Part shown: positions 24,901 through 32,000 of the stretch, in pieces
Numbering within the stretch: position 1 is the stretch's first letter
How the letters are laid out: each line of letters opens with the position of its first letter
Source: Mucisphaera calidilacus
GTDB lineage: Bacteria > Planctomycetota > Phycisphaerae > Phycisphaerales > Phycisphaeraceae
Length of the DNA stretch: 32,000 bases
Direction: 5' to 3'
NCBI RefSeq assembly: GCF_007748075.1
Contig: NZ_CP036280.1
Coordinates: 330,001-362,000 of the forward strand
Position numbers and translations under genes: made by a program
Notes under the pieces: generated by a model
Database searches by the model: none
What the model saw: the letters and a program-made list of their open reading frames with translations, nothing else
Told to the model about the DNA's origin: nothing

Positions 24901-25935
24901 ATGTTTGTGGCGACCATCAAGGAAATCGCGAAGCTTGCTGGCGTTTCTCACGTCACCGTTTCCAAGGTTCTCGGCGGCGAGATACCGGTGAGTCGTCCTG
25001 CTGCTGTCCGTCGTGCGAAGAAGATTCAGCAGATCGCGGACGAATTGGGCTACCGCCCCAACCACACGGCACAGGCGCTCCGCACCGGTCGGACCGGGCT
25101 GATCGCGGTGCTGGGTAATACGCCGTTGAGTTTTGACGACCACAATCTTGAGGAAGCGAACATTTTGCGGCGTGTGGCCGCCATGCTCCGCGAGGAGGGG
25201 CTGAATCTTTCTGCCCAGCTCTGTGACCGAGCGGAGAAGAACGGGTTACTCCCGCCTTGGCGTGTGGACGCGGCGATTCTGATCGCTGCCTATTCATCCG
25301 ACCAGACCGAGGATGTCGAGAAGGACGGCCTGCCTTATGTCGCCTTCAACGGCGAGTGCGGTCCGAACGGCTCGTCGGTTCAGTTCGATGACAAGGCCGG
25401 TGTGCTTATGGCGATGCGCGCGTTGCGTCGTGTCGGGCACGAGCGGATCGCCTACATGTCGAACTACAAGCCTTACGACCACCGCAGTGTTCCGCTGCGG
25501 CTCGAGGGTTATCACGAGGCGATGCGGGAAGCGGGTCAGGAGCCCCTGCCGACCTATCCCAACGGGGGTGTTTCGGAGTCGGAGGTTGCCGAGCACCTGG
25601 GCATGCTGGTCCGTGAGCATGGCTGCACGGCGATTGTCTGCTGGGACCCGTGGGTGGCGCTTTATGCCTACCGCGCGGCGCGTGAGATCGGTCTGGACTT
25701 GCCGGGCGACCTCTCGGTGATCGCCTTCAACGACACGCCGCTCGGCAGTCAGGCGCTCCAGCCGCGTCTGTCGGCGGTCACGCGTCCTGTTGAGGCGACG
25801 GCACGGGCGATGGTTGAGTTGCTTAACGAGCGTATGTCGTCGGACGTTGTCGCGGCGCGCAGCATCACCGTGACGCCTGACGTCGTGGTGCGTGAGTCGA
25901 TTGCGCCGCCTCGCCAGCGAGGGGGTGTGTCTTGA
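24901..25935 (+). CDS. LacI/GalR-family transcriptional regulator
   Basis: HTH: ATIKEIAKLAGVSHVTVSKVLGG...IQQIADELGYRPNHTAQALRTGRTGLIAV. Effector domain: GHERIAYMS and GLDLPGDLSVIAFNDTPLG. Confidence 0.85.
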   Translation: MFVATIKEIAKLAGVSHVTVSKVLGGEIPVSRPAAVRRAKKIQQIADELGYRPNHTAQALRTGRTGLIAVLGNTPLSFDDHNLEEANILRRVAAMLREEGLNLSAQLCDRAEKNGLLPPWRVDAAILIAAYSSDQTEDVEKDGLPYVAFNGECGPNGSSVQFDDKAGVLMAMRALRRVGHERIAYMSNYKPYDHRSVPLRLEGYHEAMREAGQEPLPTYPNGGVSESEVAEHLGMLVREHGCTAIVCWDPWVALYAYRAAREIGLDLPGDLSVIAFNDTPLGSQALQPRLSAVTRPVEATARAMVELLNERMSSDVVAARSITVTPDVVVRESIAPPRQRGGVS

Positions 25936-26012
25936 TCAGTGTTTCAGAAGCGGTGGCCGGTGCCACTGCACGGATCATCTCTGTTTCCGTTTCCCTTATC
26001 AGGAGGAATGTC

Positions 26013-26651
26013 ATGTTCAGCCATTGTTTCACGGGTTCGGTCTCGACTCTCACGGTTGTGTTCGCTCTAGCGATCCCGGGTGGGGTCAGCGCCGACGTTG
26101 TTTTCATGGAAGATTTCGAGTCAGCGGACACGAGTGGCGGCAATGCGACGATGGCACAGATTACCGTGACTGGCGGCTACAACGCTCCGAACATCATTGG
26201 CAATTTTGCGACGAACCTGCCTCAGTCGTCGAACTTCATCTTTCTGGACACCGATTTTTTCTTCACCGATGACGTGCCCAGTCCGGTGTCGACGGAGGTT
26301 CTCTACACGCCCGATCCCGCGGTCGTCGCCTTGCCGGGGTACAGCTACACCCTGATGTTCGAGGCGGCGGGCAACTTCGGTGCGCCCGGCCCGCTGACGT
26401 ACGCCTTGCTGGTCGACGGCGTCGAGGTGGCCACGAACACGGTGGATCTGAATGTCGGGCCTGTGGTGCCGATTTCCTTCTCCGGGGCGTCTGGGGCGAT
26501 CGCGATTTCGCTGGTTGGGGAGGCGACCGCCGGTGGCTACGGCCAGATTCAGATCGACAACATCACGATCGATGAGGTGGCTGTTCCCGAGCCTGCGGGT
26601 TTCGTGCTTCTTGCGAGCGGTCTGGCGTTGGTTCGCCGTCGTCGCTCCTGA
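26013..26651 (+). CDS. Secreted PEP-CTERM sorting-domain protein, function unknown
   Basis: AGGAGG at 26001-26006 precedes ATG 26013. The track start at 25932 overlaps the lacI-type 3' end. Signal peptide STLTVVFALAIPGGVSAD. C-terminus VPEPAGFVLLASGLALVRRRRS. Confidence 0.75.
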   Translation: MFSHCFTGSVSTLTVVFALAIPGGVSADVVFMEDFESADTSGGNATMAQITVTGGYNAPNIIGNFATNLPQSSNFIFLDTDFFFTDDVPSPVSTEVLYTPDPAVVALPGYSYTLMFEAAGNFGAPGPLTYALLVDGVEVATNTVDLNVGPVVPISFSGASGAIAISLVGEATAGGYGQIQIDNITIDEVAVPEPAGFVLLASGLALVRRRRS

Positions 26652-26776
26652 TTCTGTGAACAAGGGTGTCTCGGGCTGAGAGGCCCGGGTCCCCGTTGCT
26701 GACTGGGCCGTTCTGGCTGTGGTCTGCGCGCCTCGGCTCGTGATCGAATCTGCCCCCATCTGTACGGAGTCCTCCT

Positions 26777-27586
26777 ATGCTTGCATCTACGCCCGGACGC
26801 CGAAGTCACGGCGGTTTCACGCTGATTGAGCTTCTCGTCGTGATCTCGATCATTGCGTTGCTGATCGGTATCCTGCTCCCGGCGCTGGGTGCGGCCCGTG
26901 CTTCGGCGCGGAATGTCGGGTGTTTGTCGGGCATGCGTCAGCTGGGTATCGCCTTGTTCAGCTACGCGACCGACCACGACGATTATTTCGTTTACGCCCA
27001 GTATCGCCAGAACGGTTCTTCGCCTTGGGAGAACTGGTCCACGATCCTTCAGCAGCTTGATTACGCGACCGGGCCTTTTCTGGAGAACGCGGATGACTTG
27101 CCGGATCCGGACAGTGTTTATTTCTGTCCGGACGCTGACCCGGACCGCTACGCCTCATCGGGGTGGCCGGCGACGGATCACTTTGACACGTGGAACGAGC
27201 AGGCCTGGCGTCTGGACACGGGCGGCGGCTTCCGCGATGTCTGGTACGGCATCAATGCCGGTCCGGCGGGCAACACGGACAGCTACCCGTTTATCTTCGT
27301 GGACAACGGTGACAATCCCGACCAGAACAAGCCGAGTCGCATGTCGATTGTGAGCCGGCCGAGCAGCACGGTTGCGATTTTTGATGGCTGGTCGCTGCAT
27401 TACGGCTGGCCGGCGACGATCAGCCCGACGCGGCATCCCAACGAGAACGTCAACGTTGCTCATCTGGATGGTTCTGTTCGAGGTTACAGCGACAGTGTTT
27501 TGCCTTATGGCGGGGAGTTGTACACGGAGGCGTACCGCGAGAAGGTTGCCAACGGTGGTCCGGAATGGACGCTTGACTATCGGTAG
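26777..27586 (+). CDS. Prepilin-type N-terminal cleavage/methylation protein, DUF1559 / H-X9-DG family (pseudopilin-like)
   Basis: SHGG|[44 protein letters not shown] at the N-terminus. C-terminal [15 protein letters not shown]. Confidence 0.85.
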   Translation: MLASTPGRRSHGGFTLIELLVVISIIALLIGILLPALGAARASARNVGCLSGMRQLGIALFSYATDHDDYFVYAQYRQNGSSPWENWSTILQQLDYATGPFLENADDLPDPDSVYFCPDADPDRYASSGWPATDHFDTWNEQAWRLDTGGGFRDVWYGINAGPAGNTDSYPFIFVDNGDNPDQNKPSRMSIVSRPSSTVAIFDGWSLHYGWPATISPTRHPNENVNVAHLDGSVRGYSDSVLPYGGELYTEAYREKVANGGPEWTLDYR

Positions 27587-27646
27587 CCGCCTGGCACGTG
27601 TCGTGGATCGCGCCCGAAGCGTACTGATCGCGGGAGTATTTTACGC

Positions 27647-29890
27647 ATGCGGCACCCTCTGACTATGTATACGGTTCTCTTCGTCTGCCTGTGCCTGAAT
27701 CTCATGGCTTCGAGCGGCTCAGCGGCGGGAGACGCGCATCGGCCTGAGCACCGCCGATACGGCGACTGGACTTCGTGTCGCATTGGTGGCGGCGGGTATA
27801 TCCTCGGCGTGCGGTACACGCCTGATCCGGATCGCCTGTACGCCTGGACCGACGTCGGAGGTGCTTACCGCTCCGACGATGCGGGGCGGACCTGGAGGCA
27901 CATCACCTGGACGCTGCCTTATGGCGGGTCTACCGAGTCGCGGGGGATGATGTACGTTCGTGATCTGCTGCCTGATCACCGGGATCCCGATCGTGTGGCG
28001 ATCGTCATTGGTTATCACTGGTCGCCGCCTTATGGCGTGATGATTTCTGACGACGCGGGGCGGTCGTGGCGTGCGGTTCTGGAAGAGGTATGGGTTTGCG
28101 GTGACGATGAAACCCGGATGGATGGTTCTGTTCTTGTGCGTGATGCTCGGCGGCCCGAGACGATCTGGTGTGCCGGGATTCGTGACGGCGTGTTTGTCAG
28201 CCGGGACAATGGCGAGACCTGGGCGTCTCTGGGTGGTCCCGAGACTCAGCCGACCGACCTGCTGGTTGATCGTTCGGACTCGGGTCGGCTCTGGCTGTCC
28301 GGTCTGGCGATGCACCGCGGGGTGATCGAGCGCTACGCGAACACGCCCGATGGTCAGCTGAAGCTGCCGGGTGGTTTATGGCGGACGGCGGACCACGGCG
28401 GGAGTTGGGAGCGGCTTGTCGGCGGCCGTGACGTTCGGGGTTTGGTTCAGGATCCTGTCGTTTCGTCGACGCTGTACGCTATTTTTGATGATCATCGTTG
28501 GATCATGCGGTCTGAGGATGCGGGAGAGCGTTGGCATCGTTACGACACCGGTCTCGATATCGGCAGCCCGAGTCCCTGGGGTCCTCACCCGCACCGCTAC
28601 CAGGCTCTCACGGTTGCGCACGGCGTGGTTTACGCGACGTCCACACGTGGTCAGCACTACAGGTTGGATCGTGCGCGTGATCGGTGGGTCAGGCTGTCGG
28701 GGCCTGAGAACGTCCGGGAGCCCGAGGGCTGGTGGGGTGCCACGCTCGATGACCCTACCCACGGGACGGATAGTTGGGTCAGCACGATGGCCTCGGTAGC
28801 GCGCCTGACGGTGAGTCCCCATAATCCGAGTGATCGATGGATGACTGACTGGTACTCGGCGTACCACAGCGGCGATGGTGGTCGAACCTGGACCAACCGG
28901 TCCGAGGGTTTCGAGGTCACTTACATCGACGCTCTGGAGCAGGACCCGACTGATCCGAGCATCGTCCACCTTGGCATGGCGGACAACGGTTATTTTCGTT
29001 CGGATGACGCGGGTCTCAGCTTTCGCGGTTTTTCCAACGACACCCCGATCACCAACAACATCAAGAGCCTGAGTGTCCCGAAGGCCAACCCGCGTCGCGT
29101 CTACGCCGTGGGCCCGAATCCGCCCGGAGGCGGCTGGTACGCGGGGCACGTCTTCATCTCGAACGATCGCGGCTCGACGTGGCGGTCATCGAGTATGGAT
29201 GGTCTGCCCGAGATCACCGAGGCCGGGCATCGTGCGCACACGATCCTCGCTCTCGATGATGCACCCGACACGGTCTTCCTGACCGTAACCCAGTCGGTTG
29301 TTGAGGGTGGCGGCGGGCTCTACCGGAGTCTGGATGGGGGTGAGAGTTGGGTGTGGTTCGGCGAGGGCTTGCCTGGCGGTGTCGCGTTCTATCGCCACGA
29401 GTCGTGGCGAGGTGGCAAGGAGTTGGCGGTTTCACCCGACGGTGTGATGCTGACGCAGAGTATTCAGAACCGGCTGCTCTACAGGCGTCGGCCTGGTGAC
29501 GGGGGTTGGGTTCGTCTGGACTTTCCGTTTCATGGCGATCTCAACGACTTGAGGGCGGATCCGCATCGTGCGGGGCGTTTCTACGCGGCGGTGTTGCAGG
29601 ACGGGGTGTACCGCACGGATGACGCTGGATCGAGTTGGTTGCGGCTCACTACTCCGACGCGTGCGCCGGGTGCCTCGCAGCTGGTGGTTGACCGCGTCGT
29701 TCCCGGCCGTCTTGCCGCGGGCACCGCCAACGGGGTGATCCTGAGCAGGGACAGCGGCAGGTCCTGGGTGCATCTGGATCCTTCGCTCCCGGGTCGTATC
29801 GATTGGAACAAGGGTGCCTTCGTGGGCGACCGGCTGGTCGTCGGCTCGGGTGGACACGGCGCCTTCTGGATTGACTTGCGGCGGCGATGA
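27647..29890 (+). CDS. Secreted BNR/Asp-box repeat beta-propeller protein (GH74 / sortilin-Vps10-like tandem propeller)
   Basis: Signal peptide VLFVCLCLNLMASSGSAAG. Eleven Asp-box-like motifs (S/T-x-D-x-G-x-S/T-W): SDDAGRTW, SDDAGRSW, SRDNGETW, TADHGGSW, SEDAGERW, SGDGGRTW, SDDAGLSF, SNDRGSTW, SLDGGESW, TDDAGSSW and SRDSGRSW. The 747-aa length fits two 7-bladed propellers. Confidence 0.7.
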   Translation: MRHPLTMYTVLFVCLCLNLMASSGSAAGDAHRPEHRRYGDWTSCRIGGGGYILGVRYTPDPDRLYAWTDVGGAYRSDDAGRTWRHITWTLPYGGSTESRGMMYVRDLLPDHRDPDRVAIVIGYHWSPPYGVMISDDAGRSWRAVLEEVWVCGDDETRMDGSVLVRDARRPETIWCAGIRDGVFVSRDNGETWASLGGPETQPTDLLVDRSDSGRLWLSGLAMHRGVIERYANTPDGQLKLPGGLWRTADHGGSWERLVGGRDVRGLVQDPVVSSTLYAIFDDHRWIMRSEDAGERWHRYDTGLDIGSPSPWGPHPHRYQALTVAHGVVYATSTRGQHYRLDRARDRWVRLSGPENVREPEGWWGATLDDPTHGTDSWVSTMASVARLTVSPHNPSDRWMTDWYSAYHSGDGGRTWTNRSEGFEVTYIDALEQDPTDPSIVHLGMADNGYFRSDDAGLSFRGFSNDTPITNNIKSLSVPKANPRRVYAVGPNPPGGGWYAGHVFISNDRGSTWRSSSMDGLPEITEAGHRAHTILALDDAPDTVFLTVTQSVVEGGGGLYRSLDGGESWVWFGEGLPGGVAFYRHESWRGGKELAVSPDGVMLTQSIQNRLLYRRRPGDGGWVRLDFPFHGDLNDLRADPHRAGRFYAAVLQDGVYRTDDAGSSWLRLTTPTRAPGASQLVVDRVVPGRLAAGTANGVILSRDSGRSWVHLDPSLPGRIDWNKGAFVGDRLVVGSGGHGAFWIDLRRR

Positions 29891-30771
29891 TGATTGGAGT
29901 TCTGATGATGACAAGAGCGAAGGCGGTGGCCCTGTCTTTTCTGGCGATCCTGACGCTGGTGTTGTTCGGCACGGCGGCGCGGGCGGAGGGGGCGATACCT
30001 TTCCCGGAGGATCTGGTTCTTGAGGCTGCGCGTGACATGCAACGCCCCCACGAGGCAGTGCCCAGTGGCACGGCTGCTCTGGACTGGCACGCTGGCCCGA
30101 GGCTGGCGTGGGGCGAGCACCCTCCGGATCACTGGCGTGCGATCACATTCTGGGGGCAGGTCTACGAGGCTGAGGGGGGCAACCCTTCGGGCAATAGTCG
30201 CGTTCAGATCCGGGATTTACGGCTGGCGGTCAAGAGCCTCTCGGATGGTCGATGGCATCTGCTGCAGGACACTTCCGGTTTCGAGGGTGCTTTCTTTCGA
30301 GAGGACTTCACGGACAATGACAGCTGGGACGCCTGGCTTCACGCCGAGCAAGAGGGTGCCTCGGTCAGGCTCCCCAATGGTCAGGGGCGCAACTTTCACT
30401 TCTGGCCTGATGTGGACCGCGCGACGTTCGCGCTTGCGGACATCGACGAGGTGATGGTGAGTGTGGACGCCCGTCTGATTGTCCATGATCCATCGGGACC
30501 TGACGATCGCGATCAGGCTCGATTGATGATGAGTGTCGGCGCCGATTACTGGCTGAGTCAGACGGCGGTGTGGGACGGCTGGAAGACCAACGGTGACGTC
30601 GGTATCGGCCGTTTCGCGTTCATCGGGCGTGATTGGCAGACTTACACGATGACCACGCTCACGGTTGCCGAGGCGCGGGATGAGTTTCCCGTGCCCGAGC
30701 CGGGGGCCGCGTCGCTTGTTGCCATCTGCCTTGGAACGCTCTGGTGTCGACGGAAGGGGGGTTGTTCGTGA
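29887..30771 (+). CDS. Secreted PEP-CTERM sorting-domain protein, function unknown
   Basis: ATGA overlap with the upstream stop. An alternative start lies at 29905 (MMTRAKAV...). Signal peptide ALSFLAILTLVLFGTAARAEG. C-terminus VPEPGAASLVAICLGTLWCRRKGGCS. Confidence 0.7.
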   Translation: MMIGVLMMTRAKAVALSFLAILTLVLFGTAARAEGAIPFPEDLVLEAARDMQRPHEAVPSGTAALDWHAGPRLAWGEHPPDHWRAITFWGQVYEAEGGNPSGNSRVQIRDLRLAVKSLSDGRWHLLQDTSGFEGAFFREDFTDNDSWDAWLHAEQEGASVRLPNGQGRNFHFWPDVDRATFALADIDEVMVSVDARLIVHDPSGPDDRDQARLMMSVGADYWLSQTAVWDGWKTNGDVGIGRFAFIGRDWQTYTMTTLTVAEARDEFPVPEPGAASLVAICLGTLWCRRKGGCS

Positions 30772-32000
30772 GCGGTCGTTATCGTGTTCCGGAGCATCCG
30801 CGCGGTTTTATCTGTGGCGAGGAGGAAGAGCGGGCGGTTCTGGATGCGATCCGTCACGGCGGTTCGCTCAGTTACGCCGGTCCGAATCTGCCTGCCTTCG
30901 AGCGTGAGTTTGCCGACTATGTTGGCGTGGATCACGCCATCGCGGTCGCCAACTGCACCGTCGGGTTGTTCGTGGCGGCGCAGGCGCTTCGGCTGGGCGT
31001 TGGTGACGAGGTCATCATGACGCCACAGACGTTCCGAGCCACGGCTGCCGGGCTGATCATCAAGGGTGTACGGATCTGTTTCGCGGATATCGATGACTCG
31101 TTGAACCTGGATCCCGAGACGATCGAGTCGCTGATCACTGAGCGCACGAAGGCGGTTTTCGTCACGCACATGCATGGGAACCCCGCTGACATGCCGCGGA
31201 TCCTGGAGATTGCGCGCGCACGCGGGTTGTATGTTGTCGAGGACGCTGCGCACGCACCGGGTGCCACGTGTGACGGGGTTTGTGTCGGCGGTTTCGGCGA
31301 CCTGACGGTGTTTTCCTTCCACAGTCTGAAGAACATGTCGACGGGCGGTGAGGGCGGGATGATCACCGCGCGGGACCGTTCGCTGGCCGATGCCTGCCGG
31401 GCTTTGCGGACGATGGGTGTTCACGGCGATCTCGTGTCACGCGAGACGCGTGGTTTTGGTCGTTACGCCAAGCCGGATTTCTATTACAACGACCACAGCG
31501 GAGGGGCTTTCGACGCCTACTACCGGCCGGGGTACGAGTTGGGCATGAACATGAGGTTGAGTGACCTTCAGGCGGCTTTCGGTCGTGTTCAGCTCAGGCG
31601 GCTTGATGCGATGAACGCCACGCGGGCTCGGATTGCTGCGCGTTACGACGATGTGGTTCGCGACCTGCCTGTCTTCAACCGGTTCGAGCCGCGTCGCGGC
31701 GACCGCTGCGTCTATCATTTGTATCCGCTGCGTCTGAACACCGACGTCTGTGGTTGGTCTCGTGACGAGGTTGTCCGCTACCTGCAGGAGGATCGCGGGA
31801 TTGAGATGCTGCTGCGTTACTTCCCCGTTCATCTTTCGGAATACATGCAGCATGCCGGCTATCGGCTCGGTGCCTGCCCGGTCTGTGAGCGGATCTACTT
31901 TGAGGAGATGATCAATCTTCCGATCAGCCCCAATCTGACGGAAGAGCAGATCGACTGGGTTTGCGGCAGCCTTGTTGAGGTGAATCGTCGAGCCGTATCG
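30768..32000 (+). CDS. DegT/DnrJ/EryC1/StrS-family PLP-dependent sugar aminotransferase/dehydratase (3' end outside window)
   Basis: It is absent from the ORF track because no stop lies in the window. The GTG at 30768 overlaps the upstream TGA (GTGA). My translation reads ...FEREFADYVGVDHAIAVANCTVGLFVAAQALRLGVGDEVIMTPQTF...VVEDAAHAPGA...FSFHSLKNMSTGGEGGMI (PLP-Lys context)...MNMRLSDLQAAFGRVQLRRLD...YHLYPLRL.... The frame stays open through base 32000. Confidence 0.8.
   Translation, partial: MSGRYRVPEHPRGFICGEEEERAVLDAIRHGGSLSYAGPNLPAFEREFADYVGVDHAIAVANCTVGLFVAAQALRLGVGDEVIMTPQTFRATAAGLIIKGVRICFADIDDSLNLDPETIESLITERTKAVFVTHMHGNPADMPRILEIARARGLYVVEDAAHAPGATCDGVCVGGFGDLTVFSFHSLKNMSTGGEGGMITARDRSLADACRALRTMGVHGDLVSRETRGFGRYAKPDFYYNDHSGGAFDAYYRPGYELGMNMRLSDLQAAFGRVQLRRLDAMNATRARIAARYDDVVRDLPVFNRFEPRRGDRCVYHLYPLRLNTDVCGWSRDEVVRYLQEDRGIEMLLRYFPVHLSEYMQHAGYRLGACPVCERIYFEEMINLPISPNLTEEQIDWVCGSLVEVNRRAVS

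Overview
High-GC bacterial chromosomal DNA. The gene content suggests, by inference only, Planctomycetota (Phycisphaerae-like) or another PVC-group organism. I can support about 24 protein-coding genes. Eight are secreted proteins ending in a PEP-CTERM sorting signal, and three of those also carry dockerin-type repeats. Five are prepilin-type DUF1559 / H-X9-DG pseudopilin-like genes, one of them cut by the window edge. Five are carbohydrate-active enzymes: a GH94-like phosphorylase, GH16, GH51-like, a GH63/GH37-like enzyme and a BNR/GH74-like propeller. Five are one-component regulators: ROK, an AraR-type GntR+LacI chimera, LacI, and a membrane-anchored ToxR-like wHTH fused to a phytase-like domain. 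There is also an alkaline-phosphatase-family/TPR fusion and a 3'-truncated DegT-type sugar aminotransferase. No rRNA, intact tRNA or CRISPR array was seen. The main pattern is a repeated cassette of regulator, pseudopilin-like gene, PEP-CTERM surface protein and glycoside hydrolase, which looks like an undescribed glycan-utilisation architecture analogous to a PUL. Second, near 9.7-9.9 kb the + strand changes from C-rich to G-rich, independent of gene orientation. This switch sits in a gene-fragment zone containing a tRNA 3' piece, an integrase C-terminus, an hsdR piece and a phased short-repeat array. Two further decay spots hold a frameshifted pRiA4b ORF-3-like gene and an IS5-type transposase N-terminal stub. 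Every functional call rests on motifs read by eye. No database search or computation was run.
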